A stretch of DNA of 64,000 nt from positions 4,021 to 68,020 of the forward strand of contig CACXNV010000001.1 of the NCBI GenBank assembly GCA_902769185.1. The letters run 5' to 3'. The translations under genes were made by a program, and so were the position numbers. The DNA is from an uncultured Erysipelotrichaceae bacterium. GTDB taxonomy: Bacteria; Bacillota_I; Bacilli_A; RFN20; CAG-826. The notes beneath the pieces are model-generated. The model saw nothing but the letters and a program-made list of their open reading frames with translations. It ran no database searches and was not told where the DNA came from. Shown piece by piece: positions 1 through 9,062 of the stretch; positions within the stretch are counted from its first letter, which is position 1, and the number at the start of each line of letters is the position of its first letter.

Positions 1-1398
1 TGGGAAGAAGTCACTCAATGTATGGCCTACACTAATCACACCGTTATGGTGGAAGCTTTAGAGAAATGGCCAATTACTTATGTCCAAACTTTAATTCCAC
101 GTATCTTCATGATTATTGAAGAAATTAACCGTAGATTTAATATCGAAATGAATAACGCTGGTGTTCCTGAATGGGATCGCTATGCGATGAACATTATTAA
201 AGACGGACAAATCCATATGACTAACTTAGCGATTTATACCGCTTTCTCAGTGAACGGGGTTGCTGCTTTACATACAGAAATTTTAAAGGCTAATACATTT
301 AAAGAATTCTATAAATATATGCCTGAGAAATTTAATAATAAGACCAATGGTGTCACCCATCGTAGATGGTTACTTAATTCTGACCCAAAATTAGCGGATT
401 TAATCACCTCTAAAATTGGCGATAAATGGATTACCGATATGTCGAAGATTTCTGAATTTAAGAAATACGCGACAGATAAGAAAGTTATTAAAGAATTCCA
501 AGACATCAAACTTGAGAATAAGAAGAAACTCGCTAAATACATCAAAGAACATAATGGTATTGATGTAGATGTAAATTCTATCTTTGATGTTCAAGTGAAG
601 CGTTTACACGCTTATAAAAGACAATTAATGAATGTCTTCCATATTATTTACTTATATCAAAGAATGAAGAATGATTCTAACTTTAGAATCTATCCTCATA
701 CTTATATTTTTGGCGCCAAAGCCGCACCAAGCTATACTTACGCTAAAAAGATTATCGAATTAATTTTAGCGGTTGCTAAAGTTGTGAATAATGACCCAGA
801 CATTTCTAAATATTTAAAAGTTGTCTTTATTGAAAATTATGGCGTCTCTTTAGCGGAATTAATTATTCCTGCTGCTGATATCTCTGAACAAATCTCTACT
901 GCAGGAAAAGAAGCTAGTGGAACCTCTAATATGAAGTTTATGATGAACGGAGCGATTACTTTAGGAACTCTAGATGGAGCGAATATTGAAATCGTTGATT
1001 TAGCAGGAGCAGAGAATGCAGTAATCTTTGGCCTTAAAAACGAAGAAGTTGAAGAGCTTTATAGAAATGGCTCCTATTCTCCTTGGGATATGTATAATTC
1101 AGATTCAAGAATTAAAGCCATTATGGATTCTTTATTTGAAGGTGAATGGACAAGTTATAGACCAGATAAATTTAGAATGATCTTTGATGAGATTATGAAT
1201 AATAACGACCAATACTTTATCTTAAAAGATTTACCAAGCTATATCGAAGCCCAAGAAAAAGCTTCAAAGCTATATCAAGATAAAGATAAGTGGGCTACTA
1301 TGTGCTTAATCAATATCGCTAGTAGTGGATTCTTCTCTAGTGACCGCACCATTGAATCTTACGTTAAAGATATCTGGAAGTTACCAAAAATTGCGTAG
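1..1398 (+). CDS. glgP: Glycogen/maltodextrin phosphorylase, C-terminal part (5' end lies outside the window)
   Basis: Frame 1 is open from base 1 (WEEVTQCMAYTNHTVMVEALEKW...). It contains the family motifs TNHT..EALE, NGVAALH, FNNKTNGVTHRRWL and ISTAGKEASGTSNMKF (the PLP-lysine region). Confidence 0.9.
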   Translation, partial: WEEVTQCMAYTNHTVMVEALEKWPITYVQTLIPRIFMIIEEINRRFNIEMNNAGVPEWDRYAMNIIKDGQIHMTNLAIYTAFSVNGVAALHTEILKANTFKEFYKYMPEKFNNKTNGVTHRRWLLNSDPKLADLITSKIGDKWITDMSKISEFKKYATDKKVIKEFQDIKLENKKKLAKYIKEHNGIDVDVNSIFDVQVKRLHAYKRQLMNVFHIIYLYQRMKNDSNFRIYPHTYIFGAKAAPSYTYAKKIIELILAVAKVVNNDPDISKYLKVVFIENYGVSLAELIIPAADISEQISTAGKEASGTSNMKFMMNGAITLGTLDGANIEIVDLAGAENAVIFGLKNEEVEELYRNGSYSPWDMYNSDSRIKAIMDSLFEGEWTSYRPDKFRMIFDEIMNNNDQYFILKDLPSYIEAQEKASKLYQDKDKWATMCLINIASSGFFSSDRTIESYVKDIWKLPKIA

Positions 1399-1423
1399 TT
1401 TGTAATTTAAAAAAACTCTCATT

Positions 1424-1450
1424 AGGCCTAAACAAATTAGGCCTTTTTTA
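1424..1450 (+). terminator. Rho-independent terminator after glgP
   Basis: An 8-bp stem (aggcctaa / ttaggcct) with loop acaaa, followed by a T-run. Confidence 0.7.
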
Positions 1451-1577
1451 TTTTTTAAAATGTAGTATATTTAAGTCAATCAAAAACATTAAAAAAATAT
1501 CGATTACATCAATACTTTTCAAAACTGATATAAAAAAAATAATTGAAAAAATGCTATTTTTTTGGCATAATAAGTAC

Positions 1578-2063
1578 ATGGAATTCAAAGTTAATGAAAT
1601 CGTTGTTCATTGCCGAGAAGGACTTTCCACGATTGTTGGAGAAACTGAGATTGCTGGAAACCCATATTTTGTGATTGTGTCACGTAAAAATCCAAAAGAA
1701 AATATTTACGTTTTAAAGTCACGTACTGAGAACATCATTCGTCCAGTAATGAATGAATCGGAAGCAAAAGAAGTCATTAACTTTATGAAGACCGTTGAAG
1801 CTGGATTTATCAGCAATACTAAACAAAGAAGAGATTTGTATAAGAAAAAGCTATTAAGCGGTAATGTCTATGATCTCGCCTATCTATCTAGACAATTATA
1901 TTTCTTCAATTATTACAACTCTCATGGACAACTTGTAAAATTAGGCCCTACTGATTTACAAATGTTAAAAGACGCAGAATCGATTTTATTCGATGAATTC
2001 GCAATCTCCTTCAAGTGTGATAGAGAAAAAGTAGAAGAAGTTGTCTCCCAATTAATTGTATAA
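1578..2063 (+). CDS. CarD/CdnL/TRCF-domain transcription factor
   Basis: The N-terminus (F.VNEIVVH...G..TIVG) looks like a CarD-type RNAP-interacting domain, and the size is about 160 aa. I chose the ATG at 1578 (MEFKV) over the track start at 1551. Confidence 0.7.
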   Translation: MEFKVNEIVVHCREGLSTIVGETEIAGNPYFVIVSRKNPKENIYVLKSRTENIIRPVMNESEAKEVINFMKTVEAGFISNTKQRRDLYKKKLLSGNVYDLAYLSRQLYFFNYYNSHGQLVKLGPTDLQMLKDAESILFDEFAISFKCDREKVEEVVSQLIV

Positions 2064-2090
2064 GATCTTAGTATCTTATAAATCCCCTTA

Positions 2091-2123
2091 GAAGCGTTAA
2101 TCCCCCTTAACGCTTCTTTTTTT
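2091..2123 (+). terminator. Rho-independent terminator
   Basis: A 10-bp perfect stem (gaagcgttaa / ttaacgcttc) with loop tccccc, followed by T7. Confidence 0.8.
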
Positions 2124-2204
2124 ATTTCACTAAATCTATCTAATTAGACAATTATTTAATAATAATTAGACAATTAGACATCTAGTCATTATAATCATAT
2201 TCAA

Positions 2205-4283
2205 ATGGGTAAATTTAAATTTACATTGTCCAATATATTATTATACGTCGCCTTAATCGCGACTTGCTTGATTTTAGAGGATGTTGGTTTCTTATCAGTT
2301 AACCCAATTGGTCCATTATCTAAAATTCATTTTTTAATGTATTTTTCTATCGCTTTTAGTTGTTATCTAGCATATTTCATCATTGAACATATCAAAAACA
2401 AAGTGAAGTTAGATTTTGTTTTAATGTCTATTTTACTTACCTGTTTTATGGGTGGATGTATCGCGATTTGGCAGTTCTCAGGAGCGGTATTAGATGGGGT
2501 TCAACATTTTGAATATAGTGTTACCAACTCAGATAAAGTTATTCAGACTTTTTCTTTAGCGATTTATTTAATCTCTATTTATGGGATTTTGTTCTATTTC
2601 ACAAAGAATCACCCTTCTATCAGAAAAATTAAAATTATCTACATCATCATTATTATTTTCTGTTTATTAACCACAGTCTATTCCTGGATTAAAGAAACAG
2701 ATCACATTATTTATAATTTGACCGCGAGTAATTTGCCATCTGATGTTAAGTCCATATTCTGGAATCCAAATATGTATAGTTTAATGCTTTTATTAGGCAT
2801 CTTCTCTTGCTTTGGACTTAACTACTATAAAAAGAATGTTTTCTCTTATATCTCGATGTTTTATTTTGGATTCTTTACTTGTGTGGTTGCTTCTTTAACC
2901 GCAGTTGCAATTATGTTTGCTTCTTTAAGCATCTATTTCTTAATCGAGATTATTTTCACTATTAAAAAGCATTATGGTAGAGGAATAGTTTTATTAACAT
3001 TATATTTAACAATTATATGCTCTATTGTTGTCTTATTAGCGGTGGGACTTAATTATAATTTAGGAGGCTTCTCCTCATTTTTAAGATTCTTATATTTCAA
3101 CTTTACATCCGCTAAATACGATACCTTATCAATGAGAACATTTACTTGGAGTAGTTCGATATTCTATATTGGTGAACATCCTTTAAATCTCATCTTTGGC
3201 TTTGGCTTTAAAAACGCCAATCATATTATCGGTGGATTCTGGAACGCTTATAAAGGATCTGTTATAACTACTTTATCCGCTCATTCTGGCTATATCCAAG
3301 CTTTAATGAATTTCGGTGTTTTAGGAATAACTTTCTTGTTCTTATTTGTCGTTTACTATCTATATTGCTTTATTCGCTTAATAAAAAAAGATGCGAGATT
3401 TGCTTTTATATTCTTAATTATTGGTTTAGCTTTACTTGGCTATGCAGTGATGGAAAGTATTATGTTTTTAGCCACTAGTACATTAGGTTTATTAATTACT
3501 GCGTTCTTCTATTTACCAATGCTGAATAAGTGGAAACATTATAAGCGTCCTGCTTTAGGCGATGATGTAATTGAAGTTAATAAACCAAAACCAATGAAAC
3601 CTAGCTCAATTAGTAAGTCTCTAGCTAAATTATTTATGGCGTTAATTGCTGTGACTATTGCTTTATTTGTTTTCCCATTATTTAGAGAAAATAGACACGC
3701 GATGTATTTCTTAATCAATATTATTGTTTTGTTATTTATCTGTGCTTTATTTGTGCCGTTTATTATTTCTTGTATTGCAAAAAATCATTCTCGAGAAGCC
3801 TCGACTATCTTATCGATTGTTAATTTCTTAGTTGTCGCTAGTCCAGTCGTCTATTTAGCGTTAAGATTCTACTTCTATAGATCTTGGGCGATTAAAGGAG
3901 GGGAATGGACTTTACCAATATTAGTGATATTAATTTTAGTTGGTGAAGCCATTATCTTTGGAGTTGGTAAAAAGATGAAATTTAAAAATTATTTGCCAAC
4001 TTTAATCGGAATGAGTAAAAACTCCTTTATGGGTTTACTTTCTGTAGGAGGAGTGGTTTTAGTTACTTGCTTAATTAGCAAATATCTAGATTTAGTTTCT
4101 CCAATCTCTTATATTTTATTTGCGATTATGTGTTTAATCGCCTTCTATTTAGCTTCTTATTTAGTGCCGTTTAAGGACCAAAAAGAATTTATTAAAGACT
4201 ATAATGATTCACTTTTATATTCACTCAAAAATGATGTTTTAACTGATAGATTAGGAGATTTCAATGAAAAGCGTAGGGATTAA
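2205..4283 (+). CDS. Polytopic membrane protein with an O-antigen-ligase/polymerase-like (Wzy_C-type) core
   Basis: About 20 hydrophobic segments. The SAHSGYIQALMNFGVLG stretch resembles the conserved loop/helix of O-antigen ligase family proteins. Confidence 0.5.
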   Translation: MGKFKFTLSNILLYVALIATCLILEDVGFLSVNPIGPLSKIHFLMYFSIAFSCYLAYFIIEHIKNKVKLDFVLMSILLTCFMGGCIAIWQFSGAVLDGVQHFEYSVTNSDKVIQTFSLAIYLISIYGILFYFTKNHPSIRKIKIIYIIIIIFCLLTTVYSWIKETDHIIYNLTASNLPSDVKSIFWNPNMYSLMLLLGIFSCFGLNYYKKNVFSYISMFYFGFFTCVVASLTAVAIMFASLSIYFLIEIIFTIKKHYGRGIVLLTLYLTIICSIVVLLAVGLNYNLGGFSSFLRFLYFNFTSAKYDTLSMRTFTWSSSIFYIGEHPLNLIFGFGFKNANHIIGGFWNAYKGSVITTLSAHSGYIQALMNFGVLGITFLFLFVVYYLYCFIRLIKKDARFAFIFLIIGLALLGYAVMESIMFLATSTLGLLITAFFYLPMLNKWKHYKRPALGDDVIEVNKPKPMKPSSISKSLAKLFMALIAVTIALFVFPLFRENRHAMYFLINIIVLLFICALFVPFIISCIAKNHSREASTILSIVNFLVVASPVVYLALRFYFYRSWAIKGGEWTLPILVILILVGEAIIFGVGKKMKFKNYLPTLIGMSKNSFMGLLSVGGVVLVTCLISKYLDLVSPISYILFAIMCLIAFYLASYLVPFKDQKEFIKDYNDSLLYSLKNDVLTDRLGDFNEKRRD

Positions 4284-4713
4284 AATTATTTCTAGTAATA
4301 AAAAGGCGCATTTCAATTATTTCTTAAGCGACTTTATGGAAGCCGGGATTGAGCTTAAAGGCACAGAAATAAAATCTTTAAGAGTGACTGGAGCGACAAT
4401 TAATGATTCTTATGTCGTTATCCGTAATGAAGAAGCAGAAATCATTAATATGTATATTAAACCTTATGACCATGGGAATTTATTTAACCATGACCCATTA
4501 AGAAATAGAAAACTCCTTTTACATAAGCATCAAATTAGATGGCTTGCCCAAAAAATCAAAACTGAAGGATTTACTGTTGTGCCTACTAAAATCTATTTTT
4601 CCAAAGGAAAAGTAAAAGTGGAGATTGCTTTAGCAAAAGGTAAACATAATTACGATAAGCGTGAAACAATTAAAAAGCGCGATCTTCAAAGAGAATTAGA
4701 TAAAAGTTTATAA
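4264..4713 (+). CDS. smpB: SsrA-binding protein SmpB
   Basis: NKKAHFNYFL, GIELKGTEIKSLR and RNRKLLLHK motifs, with a typical length of 149 aa. Confidence 0.92.
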   Translation: MKSVGIKIISSNKKAHFNYFLSDFMEAGIELKGTEIKSLRVTGATINDSYVVIRNEEAEIINMYIKPYDHGNLFNHDPLRNRKLLLHKHQIRWLAQKIKTEGFTVVPTKIYFSKGKVKVEIALAKGKHNYDKRETIKKRDLQRELDKSL

Positions 4714-4714
4714 A

Positions 4715-5935
4715 ATGAGTGTTTTGGAAGAGATTAATACTTATAACCGTAATGATTATCAAAGAGATAACTTTGATGCTTTTTTACGTAAGATAGGCTT
4801 TAAATATGATATTCCTAGTATCCATGTTAGTGGCACTAACGGGAAGGGTAGTACCTGTAACTATATGAATAATATTTATATTGCTAGTGGCAGAAAAGTG
4901 GGGCTATTCATTTCTCCTTGTTATGAATCTATGCTAGACATGATTAGAGTAAATAATGAATTTATCTCTATTAGTTATGTTGAAAATATTTTTAAAGAAT
5001 ATAAGAAATATTTTGATAAATTCGATTTATCGAGCTTTGAAATTATCACTTTTATTGCCTTTAAATATTTTATCGATCAAAAAGTTGATATCGCGATTAT
5101 TGAATGCGGAATGGGCGGAGAGATTGATGCGACTAATATCTTTAAACCAATTTTAAGTATTATCACTAATATCACTAGTGAACACACTAATTTCTTAGGT
5201 GTTTCTATTAGTGAAATCGCTTTACATAAAGCGGGAATTATTAAAAACGAAGTTCCTTTATTAATTGGAGAAATTGAAGGTGACGCTTTAGATGTTTTAG
5301 TAAATAAAGCTAAAGAAACTAAAAGTAAGATTTATAAAGTCGATCATTATCATAGTTTAAATCTCACTAATGAAGGCTATACTTTTGAATATCGCCCTTA
5401 TAACGAAGTTAAAATCCCTTCTAAGTCTCTTTCTAGCGTTTTAGACGCTTGTTTAGCTTTAGAAGCAATAAATATTCTTCAAGATACTTTCCCTATTGAT
5501 ATTAACGTAGTTAAAGAGGGTTTGTATAAACCAACTTTAGATAGTCGATTTAATATTATTGAAGGTAAGCCAATATTTGTTATTGATGGGGCTCATAATC
5601 CTGACGCAATTATTAAATTAAGAAAAGATATGGAACTAGTGTTCCCTGGCAAAGCAGTTCATATCGTATTTGCTTCTTTTAAAGATAAAAATATTACAGT
5701 CATGCTTCCTGAAATTGGTTTACTAGGTGAATTATTATTAACCACGTTTGAGCATAGTCGCGCTAGAGAAGAAAGCGATTATTTCCTTTATCTGGAAGAT
5801 TATAAATTTCATGGCGACCATAAAGCCTTAATTAAATCACTTAAAGATAATTATCCAGATGATGTGATTTTAGTTACTGGTAGTTTAGCTTTTGCTAACT
5901 TAGTCAAAAAAGAGATAACTAATGGTGAAATTTAA
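4715..5935 (+). CDS. folC: Folylpolyglutamate synthase / dihydrofolate synthase
   Basis: Mur-ligase P-loop HVSGTNGKGST, and a DGAHNP motif in the C-terminal domain. Confidence 0.85.
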   Translation: MSVLEEINTYNRNDYQRDNFDAFLRKIGFKYDIPSIHVSGTNGKGSTCNYMNNIYIASGRKVGLFISPCYESMLDMIRVNNEFISISYVENIFKEYKKYFDKFDLSSFEIITFIAFKYFIDQKVDIAIIECGMGGEIDATNIFKPILSIITNITSEHTNFLGVSISEIALHKAGIIKNEVPLLIGEIEGDALDVLVNKAKETKSKIYKVDHYHSLNLTNEGYTFEYRPYNEVKIPSKSLSSVLDACLALEAINILQDTFPIDINVVKEGLYKPTLDSRFNIIEGKPIFVIDGAHNPDAIIKLRKDMELVFPGKAVHIVFASFKDKNITVMLPEIGLLGELLLTTFEHSRAREESDYFLYLEDYKFHGDHKALIKSLKDNYPDDVILVTGSLAFANLVKKEITNGEI

Positions 5936-6692
5936 AAGAATTTATAATCTTTCAATGACTCAAAAAATCGCTCTTGCGGGCATTTTTATTATACTCATCG
6001 CTTTATTTCAAAAAATCTTTGCGGTGAATTATATTCCGGTTTTACCTTTTGTTCGTATTTCTTTTGGTGGACCAGCGCTAATTATCTTTTCTTCAATTTT
6101 ACTTGGTCCTTGGTTTGGCCTATTAGTAGGCGCCGCTAGTGATATTGTCGGATTTTATATCTTTGATCCTAAAATGTTTGGTAGTGCTCCATTTTTTCAA
6201 ATCACCTTTATTTATGCTTTATTAGGTTTTGCTAGTTTCTTTATTTATAAGCTGTTTCAAGTTGTTAAAAACGAAAAACTTTTGTTATCAATTGAAGTAG
6301 TGATTTTCACTATTTTATTAGTGGGCTTAACTTTATTTTCTGCCTTAGATTATGATGTTGATTTAGCGCTTGTCTACCGCATTTTAATTCCTGTTGGCTC
6401 TCTTATCCTACTTGGACTTACATTATTTACTCAAATATTTGTCTCTAGATTTTTTAAAAAACGCGAGATAAACATTAACGTTATTTCTGTTGGATTTGCT
6501 TGTTTTGTAATTGAATTAACTATCATGGTGGCGTTTGGAGTGTTAATGAAGTGGTGGGCGTTTTCAGGTTCGACTTTTTTAATTATTTTAGTCAGTCAAA
6601 TTATTGTTGCTTTCTTTAATATTCCATTAAATACTTTTCTAGTTTCATATATAATGTATCTATCTAATAGATTAATAAAACAAAAAGGATAA
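5922..6692 (+). CDS. Multi-pass membrane protein, possibly an ECF-type S component (FolT-like)
   Basis: Six to seven hydrophobic helices, and it overlaps the folC stop by 14 nt. The function is inferred from context only. Confidence 0.3.
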   Translation: MVKFKRIYNLSMTQKIALAGIFIILIALFQKIFAVNYIPVLPFVRISFGGPALIIFSSILLGPWFGLLVGAASDIVGFYIFDPKMFGSAPFFQITFIYALLGFASFFIYKLFQVVKNEKLLLSIEVVIFTILLVGLTLFSALDYDVDLALVYRILIPVGSLILLGLTLFTQIFVSRFFKKREININVISVGFACFVIELTIMVAFGVLMKWWAFSGSTFLIILVSQIIVAFFNIPLNTFLVSYIMYLSNRLIKQKG

Positions 6693-6693
6693 T

Positions 6694-7170
6694 ATGAAAA
6701 AATTTCTTCTACCTTTATTATTAGTACCTATGATGTTTGGGGTTTTTAGTAAAAATACTGTCAAAAATGAAGTATTTGAATCAAAAACCCCCGTAATTTC
6801 CTTTGCGATTAGATTAAATGACGAACATCCATTTTTAGATTATTGGGCCTCTTTTAGAGAAGCTCATCCTGCAGTGTGCGATATCACTAAAGAAGAATTT
6901 AAAGAGATGTATATTGTCTATACGGGACTTAGTCAAGAAGAAAAAGATTATGTTAACGCTCAACCTGATGGGGTGGAAGAAGGCTACACGATTGGTCAAG
7001 TTATTAGAACTCTAGTTACGAAATATTATCCAAACCACAATAAGGTCAAAGAAGAAAAACAAAAGCTAGATCAATCTTCAATTATTGTTATTGCTACAGT
7101 AGTGGCTCTAGTAGGAGCGACAGCGATTTCTGTTTTATATATTTTAAAGAACCAGAAAGTCATTAAGTAA
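6694..7170 (+). CDS. Hypothetical exported protein with a C-terminal membrane anchor
   Basis: N-terminal signal-like segment MKKFLLPLLLVPMMFGVF and a C-terminal TM helix (IIVIATVVALVGATAISVLYIL). I recognised no family. Confidence 0.4.
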   Translation: MKKFLLPLLLVPMMFGVFSKNTVKNEVFESKTPVISFAIRLNDEHPFLDYWASFREAHPAVCDITKEEFKEMYIVYTGLSQEEKDYVNAQPDGVEEGYTIGQVIRTLVTKYYPNHNKVKEEKQKLDQSSIIVIATVVALVGATAISVLYILKNQKVIK

Positions 7171-7228
7171 TTAACCTTCAAATTCTATATTTTATTAATA
7201 AAAGCGCTGAAAAAGTGCTTTTTTGTTG

Positions 7229-7257
7229 TTTACATCAAAAATTGCTAGTGATATAGT
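7229..7257 (+). promoter_or_regulatory. Putative sigma-A promoter for rpmG-secE-nusG
   Basis: TTTACA, 17 nt spacer, TATAGT, located 35 nt upstream of rpmG. Confidence 0.45.
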
Positions 7258-7291
7258 AATGCTACTGTAATTCACATAGCGGAGGGTTAAG

Positions 7292-7438
7292 ATGAGAGAA
7301 AAAGTGATTTTGATTTGCTCCGAATGTCTAGCTCGAAACTATGTTACAACAGTGAACAAAGAAAATAACAAAAGACTAGAATTAATGAAGTTCTGTAAAA
7401 ACTGTAATAAGCAGACTCTCCATAAGGCTAGCAAATAG
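7292..7438 (+). CDS. rpmG: 50S ribosomal protein L33 (not in the ORF track)
   Basis: Hand translation gives [48 protein letters not shown], with CxxC...CxxC, a GGAGGG RBS upstream, and the canonical position before secE. Confidence 0.9.
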   Translation: MREKVILICSECLARNYVTTVNKENNKRLELMKFCKNCNKQTLHKASK

Positions 7439-7450
7439 GAGGCTCATATA

Positions 7451-7645
7451 ATGGGACTTGGAAAATATTTTAAAGGGGTCGTCAAAGAAGGTAAAAGAGT
7501 TAGATGGCCAAAAAGAGAAGTATTAATTCCATCAATCATTGTGGTTGTGATTATCGCTGCGGTGACTGGATTATTACTTTTCGCAGAAGATTTAGCAGGT
7601 AAGCAATTAATTGACATCTTAAGTGATGCTTTTAAAGGCATTTAA
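7451..7645 (+). CDS. secE: Preprotein translocase subunit SecE
   Basis: 64 aa with a single TM helix, the KEGKRVRWPKR motif, a GGAGG RBS, and synteny between rpmG and nusG. Confidence 0.85.
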   Translation: MGLGKYFKGVVKEGKRVRWPKREVLIPSIIVVVIIAAVTGLLLFAEDLAGKQLIDILSDAFKGI

Positions 7646-7660
7646 TTGGAGGACAAAATA

Positions 7661-8287
7661 ATGGTAGACAATAATAAAACAGCTTTCTCTGATACCAATA
7701 CTGATATTGGTGATGAAGCGCAACAAGCAAATAAAGAAGCAAAATTAGGTGATAAAGCCTGGTATGTGGTTTCCACATATTCTACACATGAAAGAAAAGT
7801 TGCTTATAACTTACAAAAACGTGTAGAGTCAATGGGCTTAGAAGATTTAATCTTCAGAATCATTGTCGTGGAACAAGAAGTTCCAGTGATGAAAGATGGC
7901 TTACCAACTGGTAAAACCAGAATGAAAAACTTATATCCAGGTTATGTTTTCGTCGAAATGATTATGACTGACTATGCTTGGTATATTGTTAGAAACACTC
8001 CAGGTGTTACCGGATTCGTTGGATCTGCTGGTAAAGGTACAAAACCATTCCCAGTTCCAAGAGAACAAATTGAACCAGTCCTTAAGAGAATGGGCATGGT
8101 CGATGAATCTATGTATGATAGATACATGGAAGGCGACTATGTTAAAGTTATCCACGGCACTCTTGAAGGTACCGAAGGTAGAATTATTTCTATCAACAAA
8201 GAAACTGGTGCTGTCGAACTTGAAACCGTCTTCTTTGGTCGACCAACTAGAGTGGAAGTTGACTTCTCTGAAATTGATAAAATCTAA
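7661..8287 (+). CDS. nusG: Transcription termination/antitermination factor NusG
   Basis: WYVVSTYS..E.KV, the NGN domain, the GYVFVEM motif and a C-terminal KOW (GDYVKVIHGTLEGTEG). The ATG at 7661 follows GGAGG, which I prefer to the TTG at 7646. Confidence 0.9.
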   Translation: MVDNNKTAFSDTNTDIGDEAQQANKEAKLGDKAWYVVSTYSTHERKVAYNLQKRVESMGLEDLIFRIIVVEQEVPVMKDGLPTGKTRMKNLYPGYVFVEMIMTDYAWYIVRNTPGVTGFVGSAGKGTKPFPVPREQIEPVLKRMGMVDESMYDRYMEGDYVKVIHGTLEGTEGRIISINKETGAVELETVFFGRPTRVEVDFSEIDKI

Positions 8288-8295
8288 TATAATCT

Positions 8296-8318
8296 CTCCT
8301 GTTAACGCAGGAGTTTTT
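8296..8318 (+). terminator. Terminator after nusG
   Basis: Stem ctcctg / caggag followed by T5. Confidence 0.6.
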
Positions 8319-8323
8319 ATTTT

Positions 8324-8353
8324 AAAAAAAGCGGCTTGTAATTGAGCCGCTTT
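8324..8353 (-). terminator. Terminator after ktrA (bidirectional hairpin)
   Basis: Stem gcggct / agccgc, flanked by A7 on the plus strand (T7 on the minus strand) and by ttt. Confidence 0.55.
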
Positions 8354-8372
8354 AATTTTATTAAAGAATTAA

Positions 8373-9050
8373 TTATTTCTTTTTAGCTTTGTTTCCGTTA
8401 ATCGCTTCTCTAAAGGCGTAGATTTCTTTAGTAGTGCCAACTACGTAAACAATATCATCAGGGAGTAATGAATCATTACCGCCAGGGACAAATGACTTAT
8501 TTGCTCTTCTAATTAATACAACATTAACACCATACACATTTTTAGGATTCATATCCTTTAATGTTTGAGGGAAGAAGCCTGGATTAATAATAATCGAAAC
8601 AACTGAGTATTTATTATCTAATTTGTAATATTCTTGGAAGTCTTCGTTACCAATACGGTTTGCTAGAGCGCTACCAGCGGCTTTTTGAGGAGTGATAACT
8701 TCAGTTGCTCCTAATTTTTTCATAATTGGAACGTAGTAGTCATCATCAACACGAACGATAATGTTTTTAACTCCTAATTCTCTTAAAATAACAGTAGTTA
8801 AAACACTAGCTTCTTGATTATCGCCAAAGGCGACAATAGCAGCGTCAACGTCTCCAATACCTAATTCTTTTAAGGCTTTTTCATCAGTACTATCGGCGAT
8901 AAATGTGGTTGGTAAATCCACCGCGACTTCTTTAGCGGTTTGTTCGTTATTATCAATAGCGATAACGTCCATACCATTATCCGCTAATTCTTTAACGATT
9001 GATCGACCAAATTGTCCAAGTCCGATAACTGCAAATGATTTGTGTGCCAT
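8373..9050 (-). CDS. ktrA: K+ uptake system, NAD-binding peripheral subunit (KtrA/TrkA)
   Basis: Rossmann motif VIGLGQFGRSIVKEL, RCK N- and C-terminal domains, 225 aa. Confidence 0.85.
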   Translation of the reverse strand: MAHKSFAVIGLGQFGRSIVKELADNGMDVIAIDNNEQTAKEVAVDLPTTFIADSTDEKALKELGIGDVDAAIVAFGDNQEASVLTTVILRELGVKNIIVRVDDDYYVPIMKKLGATEVITPQKAAGSALANRIGNEDFQEYYKLDNKYSVVSIIINPGFFPQTLKDMNPKNVYGVNVVLIRRANKSFVPGGNDSLLPDDIVYVVGTTKEIYAFREAINGNKAKKK

Positions 9051-9062
9051 AGAGATTTCCTC

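Noticed and set aside
4200-4800. I looked for a tmRNA (ssrA) gene next to smpB.
   Set aside because: smpB overlaps the upstream gene, and folC follows 1 nt after its stop. There is no non-coding space and no tRNA-Ala-like acceptor end.
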